Shown here: piece by piece, positions 37,391-45,089 of the stretch | Position numbering within the stretch: position 1 is the stretch's first letter | How the letters are laid out: each line of letters starts with the position of its first letter | Assembly (NCBI GenBank): GCA_041657425.1 | Contig: JBBABY010000001.1 | Span: 85,510 to 149,509, forward strand | Reading direction: 5' to 3' | DNA from: an archaeon | Lineage (GTDB): Archaea > Iainarchaeota > Iainarchaeia > Iainarchaeales > CSSED10-239 | DNA length: 64,000 nt | Translations under genes and position numbers: made by a program | The notes under the pieces: generated by a model | What the model saw: only the letters and a program-made list of their open reading frames with translations | The model's database searches: none | What the model was told of the DNA's origin: nothing

Positions 37391-37503
37391 GATATCGGTT
37401 TTGCCTGTTAAATCACATATAATGAGGATTAACAGGACGCACCATAGTCTATCGATTTACAAACTAAAGTGCTGCTTTGTTTTTATTTTGAAAACCGAAT
37501 ATC
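37391..37503. other. About 113-nt helix-closed structured element in the nrdD-xerA divergent intergenic region (candidate ncRNA or regulatory structure)
   Basis: Outer helix GATATCGGTTTT (37391..37402) pairs with AAAACCGAATATC (37491..37503) with one bulge. Inner perfect 8-bp hairpin CCTGTTAA (37404..37411) / TTAACAGG (37429..37436). Locally higher GC than the flanks. Confidence 0.3.
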
Positions 37504-37597
37504 TAAATTAGATATATACATAAACCATTATTTTGAGTTATAAATTTGTTTTCGGCATAATGCTTGTTTTTAATTATATCTATAATCTATATTTATT

Positions 37598-38458
37598 ATG
37601 ACTGAAATAAGAAAGGAAAATCTAAATTTTGAAATTTTAAAAAAATTCGAAAATGAATTAAATATTATTGGATATAGTCAAAAAACTATTGAAACTTATT
37701 TAACATATTTAAACATGTTCTCTAATTATTTACAAAAAGATCTAAGAGAAATTAATTCTGATGATATCATAAATTTTCTATCCTATTTAAAATCCAAAAA
37801 AAACTCCGGTTCATCTACTCTTAATTTAGTTTTATCTGCAATAAAACATTTTTATAAAGATTTTTTGAAAATCAATTTAGTTATTGATATTAAATTACCA
37901 AAGAAAGCAAAGAAAATACCTATTATATTAACTGAAAAAGAAATTAAAGACTTAATAGCTAATACTAAGAATTATAGAAATGTATTAATTATAGAATTTT
38001 TATTTTCAACTGGAGTTCGTGTATCTGAGTGTGTTAACATGAAAATTGATAATCTTAATTTTGATGAATGCACTGGCAACGTTCTTGCAGGGAAAGGAAA
38101 TAAAGATAGAATTATTATTCTTTCAAAAAAATGGGTTGAGGATTATCAAAAATATTTAGCTGAAAGAAATAAAACAATTAAATCAGAATATTTATTTTGT
38201 TCAGATAGTGGAAAATCTTTGTCAGTTGATACTCTTCAAAAATTTTTAAATGTATCAGCAAAGAAAGCCGGTATAACAAAAAAGATTAGCCCTCATAAAT
38301 TAAGACATTCTTTTGCAACAAGTTTACTTGAAAATGATGTTAATATTAGATATATACAACAATTACTAGGGCACGCTAATCTTAATACTACTCAAATATA
38401 TACTAAAGTGAATACAAATAAACTAAAAGAGATCAAAAACCCACTAGATAACATGTAA
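37598..38458 (+). CDS. xerA: XerA/XerC/XerD-like tyrosine recombinase
   Basis: N-terminal SAM-like domain (GYSQKTIETYLTYLNMF). Catalytic residues in TGVRVSEC, HKLRHSFATSLLE, LLGHANLNTTQIYTKV. 286 aa, the usual XerA size. Confidence 0.85.
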   Translation: MTEIRKENLNFEILKKFENELNIIGYSQKTIETYLTYLNMFSNYLQKDLREINSDDIINFLSYLKSKKNSGSSTLNLVLSAIKHFYKDFLKINLVIDIKLPKKAKKIPIILTEKEIKDLIANTKNYRNVLIIEFLFSTGVRVSECVNMKIDNLNFDECTGNVLAGKGNKDRIIILSKKWVEDYQKYLAERNKTIKSEYLFCSDSGKSLSVDTLQKFLNVSAKKAGITKKISPHKLRHSFATSLLENDVNIRYIQQLLGHANLNTTQIYTKVNTNKLKEIKNPLDNM

Positions 38459-38645
38459 TCACAAAAAATGCAACATTTACCCCCTCACTTCCTGTATTAC
38501 AGTATAAATTCATCTTAAATCTTGGTTTGGAAAGCAAACTATTATACAAATTATTTTTACTTTTAAAAATAGAAATCTATATAAATGCTTTGTACATACT
38601 TTTAGTATATTATTAAATAATATTTAATTATTGGAGGAAGAAAAC

Positions 38646-39011
38646 ATGACAATGAGAATTTCAAAGTTATTCGGTATGGATTTATATGAAACAAACGCTA
38701 CATACAGAGGAAAAGTTTATGATTTAGTTGTAAACTTAGAATCAGGTATAATTGAAACAATTACTACACAGCCATTAAAAGTTAGCTCTAAAAAAGAAGC
38801 TAAAAAAATAATGACTGAACATAGTATACCTTATAAAAAAGTAATATCAGTTGATGATATAATACTTATTAATTCAGGTAATGTTCCAGTAGCAGAAAGA
38901 GAAGTTTCAAGAGAACATATAGTTGATGAACCAAGTAACGACAATGATTCAAAGATCAGAAAGAAATACATTGGTTATAAGAGTAAATACTCAACTGCAG
39001 GAAGAAGATAA
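38646..39011 (+). CDS. PRC-barrel domain protein
   Basis: ISKLFGMDLYETNATYRGKVYDLVVNLESGIIETI fits the PRC-barrel pattern. GGAGG sits upstream of the ATG at 38646. Confidence 0.6.
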   Translation: MTMRISKLFGMDLYETNATYRGKVYDLVVNLESGIIETITTQPLKVSSKKEAKKIMTEHSIPYKKVISVDDIILINSGNVPVAEREVSREHIVDEPSNDNDSKIRKKYIGYKSKYSTAGRR

Positions 39012-39190
39012 ATAATTAATCTTCTTTTTTATTTTTTTATTTAATTACTATTTCTATTTTATTAAATTTTATCTTAAAATAAGTGTAGACAATATGGCCC
39101 TTAACTTCTTGTATTGATTATAAATTTTAAACGCTTTATATTATGTATAGGTTTCTAAAAATAAATTTTAATAAAATAAGTTTAAATACT

Positions 39191-39214
39191 TATATATATA
39201 TATATATATATATA
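39191..39214. repeat. (TA)12 dinucleotide microsatellite
   Basis: Read directly; ends 64 nt upstream of the ATG at 39278. Confidence 0.95.
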
Positions 39215-39277
39215 ATTATACATAACTATATTTATAATATACTAATAAATAATACAGGAACAATGGGGTAGGCATAT

Positions 39278-39931
39278 ATGGGAAAAATTATAAGTAATTA
39301 TATAAAATACAAGTTTATATTTAATAATAATATTAATCATTCAGCTTATCTATATCAAAAAGTGTTTAGATCAATCTATGGATATACTCAAAACGTTACT
39401 AAAAAGGATAAAAAAACATATTTATATCATAGAGAAGGAGTTTTAGAAAATATACCTTATATTAAGTCAGGAAAGAATAGTATAGTTATTCCAATAGATA
39501 CAGAACATAGTATAATTAATTTTTTTAATACAGGAAAGAGTCCTATACATAACTTTAGAGAAAAAGGAGAGTGGACAATTGATTATACAATAGAAAAAGT
39601 AGAAATTGACGATACAGATATAATAAGAAATATAGATAGTTATATTGATTCATTAGTAATTATTTCTTTAGATGGTAATAATAAAAAATTATTAGATGAA
39701 TTAAATAAATTAATAACAGATAGCGAATATCTATCTAAATATAAAAAAGCAAATAAAGATAATTTAATTAATAAGATGAAGATTATTCAAAATATAGATT
39801 GGATAATTAAATGTAAAGATAAGTCGGAGAAAGTAAAGTTATTTTATGAATTATATAATAAAGTAAATGAATTGTTTTATAGTTCTAGTAAGATAATTGA
39901 TCCAAGTAATAAAGTAGAAGATAATGTATAA
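39278..39931 (+). CDS. Hypothetical protein (217 aa), very AT-rich gene
   Basis: Long ORF with no recognisable catalytic motif. The N-terminal half has an alternating beta/alpha pattern and the C-terminal half is helical and Lys/Asn-rich. Confidence 0.4.
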   Translation: MGKIISNYIKYKFIFNNNINHSAYLYQKVFRSIYGYTQNVTKKDKKTYLYHREGVLENIPYIKSGKNSIVIPIDTEHSIINFFNTGKSPIHNFREKGEWTIDYTIEKVEIDDTDIIRNIDSYIDSLVIISLDGNNKKLLDELNKLITDSEYLSKYKKANKDNLINKMKIIQNIDWIIKCKDKSEKVKLFYELYNKVNELFYSSSKIIDPSNKVEDNV

Positions 39932-39950
39932 AAATGATTTAATCAATAAA

Positions 39951-40487
39951 TTATTCTTTCTCTATGATTATTACATTTTTTTTCCAAGTTCTTTTTTTTC
40001 CAGTGTTATTTAATTTTATCAAATTTATGTCTGTTAGTGTCTTTATATAAGGATACAGACTCTTTTCATTTTGATATTCTATATTGTATTGTAATTTAAT
40101 TCTATTTTTTAAATCTTCCATATCTATCCATTCATCATCAGGAAGACAATTAATAATGTGTTCTGCTTGGGTGTTTTCTCTAGCCTTTATTATATCCCAT
40201 ATTGTATTTATTTTTTTAGAATCAATTTTAGATATATCGTAGATCTTTAAATTTTCTTTATTTTTAATTTCATTAGTATTATGTAGATTTTCCATTTCTA
40301 ATTGATTTACATTTATTTTATTATTTGTGTTTTGTATATTATTTTCAGGATTAGAAATTTGATTATTGTAATTATGGTAATTACTTGAATTATTTTGATT
40401 ATCTGCATATATATTTTGGTAATTGCTTATCTTTTCTTTTTTAATCAAACCTAATTTGATTAATAACTTTTGAAATATATTACTCAT
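39951..40487 (-). CDS. Hypothetical protein with an Asn-rich low-complexity N-terminal half and a winged-helix-like C-terminal domain
   Basis: NYQNIYADNQNNSSNYHNYNNQISNPENNIQNTNNKINVNQ, then IWDIIKARENTQAEHIINCLPDDEWIDMEDLKNRIK...YPYIKTLTDINLIKLNNTGKKRTWKK (wHTH-like). The iteron array starts 12 nt upstream of its ATG. Confidence 0.45.
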   Translation of the reverse strand: MSNIFQKLLIKLGLIKKEKISNYQNIYADNQNNSSNYHNYNNQISNPENNIQNTNNKINVNQLEMENLHNTNEIKNKENLKIYDISKIDSKKINTIWDIIKARENTQAEHIINCLPDDEWIDMEDLKNRIKLQYNIEYQNEKSLYPYIKTLTDINLIKLNNTGKKRTWKKNVIIIEKE

Positions 40488-40498
40488 ATTATAATATA

Positions 40499-40693
40499 GT
40501 AATTACGGTAATTATTATAAATAGATAGGTAATTACTGTAATTATATTTAGTGGTTTTCAGTCATTACCGTAATTACTTAGAGATTTTTTATTTAGTAAA
40601 ATAAATCTGAATTTTATTATGTATAATTTAGTTTTAATTAGTTTAAAAAAATGATAAAATTACAGTAATTACTCAAGATTTAACGGTAATTAC
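40499..40693. repeat. Array of five bipartite 17-bp iteron-like sites built from the palindromic octamer GTAATTAC
   Basis: GTAATTAC-G-GTAATTAT 40499..40515; GTAATTAC-T-GTAATTAT 40529..40545; GTCATTAC-C-GTAATTAC 40561..40577; AAAATTAC-A-GTAATTAC 40656..40672; GATTTAAC-G-GTAATTAC 40677..40693. Confidence 0.8.
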
Positions 40694-40954
40694 CAATATT
40701 ATAATCAATAATTAGGTAGTAATGCGGTTAATAAGGATAATAAAAACGTAATATCTAAAAATAGAATTGAATTGCGCTTTATTTGTTAATAAGAGTTAAA
40801 ATATGTCGTTTAATTAAACTTTTTAAAGCCAGAGATATCTTCCAAATCTGTCCAAGATTTAGTGTATTTGATTAAATAATAAAGTAAAAAATAAGTAATT
40901 TCTGGCTATATAAAATGAAGTATTATATTAAATAAATGTTAAAAAAAGTAATTA

Positions 40955-41029
40955 TAGCGGAGGATGGATTTGAACCATCGACCTTCGGGTTATGAGCCCG
41001 ACGGGCACTCCAGACTGCCCCACCCCGCT
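40955..41029 (-). tRNA. Initiator tRNA-Met (CAT)
   Basis: Cloverleaf folded by hand: AGCGGGG acceptor with A1:U72, anticodon stem with three G:C pairs (GGG/CCC) flanking CTCATAA, T-loop TTCAAAT. 75 nt, no intron, no encoded CCA. Confidence 0.88.
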
Positions 41030-41138
41030 TAAAATGATTTAAAGTAGTTTTAAAATAATAAGTTATATTACTGAAGGTATAATATAATTACTATACAAAA
41101 ACTATATAAACAAATTCTATTTGGTTAATTGATTAGAA

Positions 41139-41717
41139 TTATTCGCAAATATAGCCTGTTGTTCTATCTTCTATCTTATTTACAATACCTTGTAATCTTT
41201 CAATGTTTTTAGCAATTATAGCTTTCTTTTTCTTTAAACTATTAGCTAATGTTTTAGAATTCATAATCTCTAACGTTTTATTACAATTAGGGCATTTAAA
41301 ATTATAAGCTGCCGCAACTTCAAAAGGCACATCTATACATTTCTTAGGACAATAGAAGTAATCTCTCCCTTGCTGTAAGCTTAAAGTTTCTTCAATTTTC
41401 TTAAGACTCTCAATCTCGCTTTCCATAACTAGTTCAATAATTTTCTTAAATTTTATTTCCCAGTAGAAATCAAACATATTTTGATTATTTCTAACTTTTT
41501 TATAACAAGCAATCCCTCTATAGTGAAGACTATTAAGAGTAGATCTAATAGTAGTAATTTTCTTCTTTAATTTTTCAGAAATTTCTTCAGGTGAATAAGA
41601 TTTATCTGTATTATACATTTTAATGATTTCTGGAGCTAATGGACCAGCAACTTGTTCTAAAAATTGTTTTGTTGTTTTATCAATTAGCATTTCTTTTTTA
41701 AGTTTATTTAATGTCAT
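41139..41717 (-). CDS. tfe: Transcription factor E (TFE, TFIIE-alpha homolog)
   Basis: Winged-helix N-terminus (EEISEKLKKKITTIRSTLNSLHYRGIACYKK) and Zn ribbon YFYCPKKC...FKCPNCNKTLE. Confidence 0.8.
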   Translation of the reverse strand: MTLNKLKKEMLIDKTTKQFLEQVAGPLAPEIIKMYNTDKSYSPEEISEKLKKKITTIRSTLNSLHYRGIACYKKVRNNQNMFDFYWEIKFKKIIELVMESEIESLKKIEETLSLQQGRDYFYCPKKCIDVPFEVAAAYNFKCPNCNKTLEIMNSKTLANSLKKKKAIIAKNIERLQGIVNKIEDRTTGYICE

Positions 41718-41775
41718 TAAGTTTTCACCTTGAAACTAAAGAATATAGAAATTATATATATTAATACCAAACTCA

Positions 41776-42321
41776 TTATAAACTAATAACTTTTTTTATA
41801 GTATTACTTGGTATAATTTTTATTTTACTATTATCAAATGGTTTATTCATACAATCAGGGTCGATTAAATAAAGAATCAAACCTAACGCAGATACTTCGC
41901 TATGTGGTTGATTGCCAATTGCAATATTAAAATCTGCGAGTTCATAATATTCTTTAGGCACTTTTGAACCACCTACAATTAAAAGTAAGTTTTTAGAAAT
42001 TTTTTCTTTTTTTATTTCTTCAATTTTTTCTAGAACTGGAAGTCCATACATTGTTAAGTGAATTACTATTCCTTGATTTTCTTTAAATTTCTTTACAAAA
42101 GATAAAGGTTCCGCAGTATATTCTATTTTGAAATCCCCACCCCAATTTTCATTAATTTTAGAAAGCACTTCAATTATAGTACTATCTTCCACTCCTGAAA
42201 AATAAAACTCATTTGCTCCAAAAGCTCTAGATACTAAAGCACAATGAGTAGTTATTCTTTTATCTCTGTAAGGTCTGTGGTCTAATCTTAAGATAGTAAG
42301 TTTATAAACATTTTGAGTCAT
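41776..42321 (-). CDS. tRNA (cytidine56-2'-O)-methyltransferase aTrm56 (SPOUT)
   Basis: ILRLDHRPYRDKRITTHCALVSRAFGA and the C-terminal SPOUT knot region (IAIGNQPHSEVSALGLILY). Confidence 0.8.
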   Translation of the reverse strand: MTQNVYKLTILRLDHRPYRDKRITTHCALVSRAFGANEFYFSGVEDSTIIEVLSKINENWGGDFKIEYTAEPLSFVKKFKENQGIVIHLTMYGLPVLEKIEEIKKEKISKNLLLIVGGSKVPKEYYELADFNIAIGNQPHSEVSALGLILYLIDPDCMNKPFDNSKIKIIPSNTIKKVISL

Positions 42322-42383
42322 AAATATAATATATACAAATTGATTATATATATTTCGACTTTAGTAATATTACCCAAACAATT

Positions 42384-42457
42384 GGATCTGTAGCTCAGCT
42401 TGGTAGAGCACGGGACTTTTAATCCCGGTGTCGAGGGTTCGAATCCCTCCAGGTTCA
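42384..42457 (+). tRNA. tRNA-Lys (TTT)
   Basis: Hand-folded cloverleaf: GGATCTG/CAGGTTC acceptor (two G:U pairs), anticodon loop CTTTTAA, T-loop TTCGAAT. Confidence 0.85.
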
Positions 42458-42470
42458 ATCCAAATATATT

Positions 42471-42544
42471 GGGCTCGTAGCTCAGCTTGGTAGAGCACAA
42501 GACTCTTAATCTTGGTGTCGAGGGTTCAAATCCCTTCGGGCTCA
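42471..42544 (+). tRNA. tRNA-Lys (CTT)
   Basis: GGGCTCG/CGGGCTC acceptor, anticodon loop CTCTTAA, T-loop TTCAAAT. Confidence 0.88.
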
Positions 42545-42564
42545 CATTTAGTAAAATCAGTTTT

Positions 42565-42638
42565 GAGACTGTAGCTCAGCCTGGGAGAGCAATAGGCTGA
42601 AGACCTATGTGTCGTGGGTCCAAATCCCATCAGTCTCA
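42565..42638 (+). tRNA. tRNA-Phe (GAA), with a non-canonical T-loop
   Basis: GAGACTG/CAGTCTC acceptor, anticodon loop CTGAAGA. The T-arm GTGGG-TCCAAAT-CCCAT has C at position 55 instead of the near-universal U. Confidence 0.8.
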
Positions 42639-42672
42639 TATTTTACTAAATTTAAAAGAAGAATCGGAAGCC

Positions 42673-45081
42673 ATGGAAAAAAACTTAACTCCAATGATGA
42701 AACAATATTTGGAAACCAAGAAAGAATTTCCAGACGGTATATTACTATTTAGGGCTGGAGACTTCTATGAGATGTTTTATGATGATGCAAAAATAGCATC
42801 GCAAATTCTTAATATAACTCTCACTAAAAGAGGAAAAAATGAAACAGAGGCACCATTAGCAGGCATACCTTATCACGCTCTTGATCCTTATGTATCTAAA
42901 CTAATTAAAGCAGGGAAAAAGGTAGTAATTTGTGAGCAAATAGAAGACCCAAAATTTGCAAAAGGATTAGTAAAGAGAGCAGTGACTAGAATTATAACTC
43001 CAAGTACTGTTTTTACAGACAACTATGAAAACAATTATCTTTGTTCAATTTCTAAACAAAAAGAAAGTTTTGGTTTTTCGTTAATTGATATAACTACTGG
43101 AGAATTCAAGACAAATACATTTAATACATTTAGTGAGATATTAAATGAATTAAGTTTAATTAAACCTAAAGAACTAATTATTACAAAAAATATATTAGAT
43201 AATTTTGATCAGATTAATTTAATAAAAAAATCAATTTCTAATGTAATTATTAATTATACAGATAATTTAGATATAGGAATTTCTAAAGCAAAATTATTAG
43301 ATCACTTTGGAGCAAGGTTTAATTCTTTTGGAATAATCGATCAACAGGCAATTGTTTCATCTTATAATGCAATTAAATATTTGAAAGACACTCAATTTTT
43401 AGATTTAAAATATATTAATACAATTAAAGAATACAATTTAAATAAATACATAAAAATCGACAGAAAGACTGCTGCAAATTTAGAGATTGTATCTAATTTA
43501 AGAGATAATTCTACAAACAATAGTTTATTTTCTATAATTAATAATACAAAGACAGCCTTAGGACACAGAAAATTATATTTCGATTTATTACATCCATTAA
43601 CAGATAAACAAGAAATCTTAGAATTAAATTTAGCAGTAAAAGAAATAAAAGAAAATGTATTTCTTCAAGAAGAGTTAAGTCAACAATTATCTTATATTGG
43701 AGATTTAGAGAAAATAATAAGTAAGATCGGATTTGGTAATTGTAATCCTAGAGATTTAATTGCTTTAAAACAAAGTTTACAGATTATTCCAAATATAAAA
43801 ACAACACTGCAAGATGGCGATTCAAATAAATTAAAAGAAATAAGAGAAAATCTAGTTAGTTTAAATAATATAGTTAAATTAATAGACGCAGGGGTTGTTG
43901 ATTCTCCTCCATTAAGTATAAGAGAAGGAGGATTTATTAAACCTCAATTTTCTAAAGAATTATATGATATTACTAATATAAATAAAACTACAAATTCTTG
44001 GTTAATGGAATACGAAGCAGAATTAAAACAAAAAACAAATATTAAATCTTTAAAATTAAAATTTAATAAAATATTTGGGTATTATATAGAAATTCCAAAA
44101 GCACAAGCAATTAATCTTCCAGAATATCTAGAAAGAAAGCAAACATTAGTTAATTGTGAAAGATATACGACTATAGAGTTAAGCGAAAAAGAATCTATGG
44201 TAATGCACGCAAAAGAAAGAAGAGAAGAACTAGAATATAGTATATTTTTAGAAATATGTAAAGAAATATTAAGTGATCAAGAATCAATAAGAGAGCTTGC
44301 AAAATATGTAGCTCAATTAGATGAATTATATTCTTTTGCTTATATAAGTAATAAAAATGATTATTGCATCCCGAAATTAGATAATTCAGACATCGTTCAA
44401 TTTAAAGATTTAAGGCATCCATTAATTGAACAACAACACTCCTTTATTCCAAATGATTGTAATTTAGATTTAAATAATAGGACTATGATAATTACTGGCC
44501 CTAATATGGCAGGAAAGAGTAGTTATATGAGAAGTGTATGTCTTTCACTAATTATTGGACACACAGGGTGTTTTATTCCTGCAACTGCTGCTCACATTGG
44601 AGAAATAGATGCAATTTATACTAGAGTTGGCGCATCTGACGATATAATTCATGGGCAAAGTACATTTCTTGTAGAGATGTCAGAGGTCGCTTATATTTTA
44701 AACAATGCCACAAAAGATAGTGTAGTTATTTTAGATGAAATAGGCAGAGGTACAAGTACATTTGATGGAATAAGTATTGCTTGGTCAGTTGTGAAATATT
44801 TTAATAACACAATAAAATGCAAAACTCTACTTGCAACTCATTATCATATATTAAATAAAATGGAAGAAACTAATTCAGGAATTTGCAATTATCATGTAAC
44901 TGCCAAAGAAGAAGGAGATAGTCTCCATTTTTATCACAAATTACAGAAAGGCGGAATTAATAAAAGTTATGGGATACAAGTTGCAAAATTAGCGGGTGTA
45001 AATAAAGAAATAATAGATAGTGCTTTAGCAATACAAAAAGATTTAGAAAATAATTCTTTTTTAAAAAAGAATGAATTGTGA
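42673..45081 (+). CDS. mutS: DNA mismatch repair protein MutS (bacterial MutS1 type)
   Basis: LTPMMKQYLETKKEFPDGILLFRAGDFYEMF, Walker A GPNMAGKSSYMR, DEIGRGTSTFDG. The track ORF start at 42607 lies inside tRNA-Phe, so the ATG at 42673 was chosen. Confidence 0.92.
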   Translation: MEKNLTPMMKQYLETKKEFPDGILLFRAGDFYEMFYDDAKIASQILNITLTKRGKNETEAPLAGIPYHALDPYVSKLIKAGKKVVICEQIEDPKFAKGLVKRAVTRIITPSTVFTDNYENNYLCSISKQKESFGFSLIDITTGEFKTNTFNTFSEILNELSLIKPKELIITKNILDNFDQINLIKKSISNVIINYTDNLDIGISKAKLLDHFGARFNSFGIIDQQAIVSSYNAIKYLKDTQFLDLKYINTIKEYNLNKYIKIDRKTAANLEIVSNLRDNSTNNSLFSIINNTKTALGHRKLYFDLLHPLTDKQEILELNLAVKEIKENVFLQEELSQQLSYIGDLEKIISKIGFGNCNPRDLIALKQSLQIIPNIKTTLQDGDSNKLKEIRENLVSLNNIVKLIDAGVVDSPPLSIREGGFIKPQFSKELYDITNINKTTNSWLMEYEAELKQKTNIKSLKLKFNKIFGYYIEIPKAQAINLPEYLERKQTLVNCERYTTIELSEKESMVMHAKERREELEYSIFLEICKEILSDQESIRELAKYVAQLDELYSFAYISNKNDYCIPKLDNSDIVQFKDLRHPLIEQQHSFIPNDCNLDLNNRTMIITGPNMAGKSSYMRSVCLSLIIGHTGCFIPATAAHIGEIDAIYTRVGASDDIIHGQSTFLVEMSEVAYILNNATKDSVVILDEIGRGTSTFDGISIAWSVVKYFNNTIKCKTLLATHYHILNKMEETNSGICNYHVTAKEEGDSLHFYHKLQKGGINKSYGIQVAKLAGVNKEIIDSALAIQKDLENNSFLKKNEL

Positions 45082-45089
45082 AAATTAAA

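Noticed and set aside
37328-37597. Tried to read the nrdD upstream structure as a known riboswitch (cobalamin, purine/2'-dG) or a C/D-box sRNA.
   Set aside because: No B12-box, no purine-riboswitch junction sequences, and only imperfect C-box-like (ATGAGGA) strings with no suitably placed D box (CTGA). The class is left unassigned.
39278-39931. The N-terminal beta-alpha-beta-beta-alpha-beta pattern of the 217-aa orphan suggested a Cas2/VapD-like ferredoxin fold.
   Set aside because: It rests only on secondary-structure-like periodicity. There is no conserved Cas2 catalytic Asp context, no CRISPR array and no cas1 nearby, so there is not enough to claim it.
40499-40693. Considered whether the GTAATTAC repeat cluster could be a degenerate CRISPR array.
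   Set aside because: The repeats are only 17 bp, the spacing is irregular (13 to 78 nt), and there are no cas genes in the window. Iteron or operator is the better description.
37598-41029. Considered calling xerA plus the islet plus tRNA-iMet a bona fide integrated element with defined att sites.
   Set aside because: I could not find any duplicated segment of the tRNA-iMet 3' half (ggatggatttgaacc and neighbours) at the distal side. The recombinase has the size and motifs of housekeeping XerA. It is kept only as a low-confidence finding.
42318-42545. 75-aa minus-strand ORF from the ORF track.
   Set aside because: It lies entirely antisense to the two tRNA-Lys genes, and its repetitive peptide (GFEPSTP twice) simply mirrors the two tRNA T-arms. 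It is an artefact.
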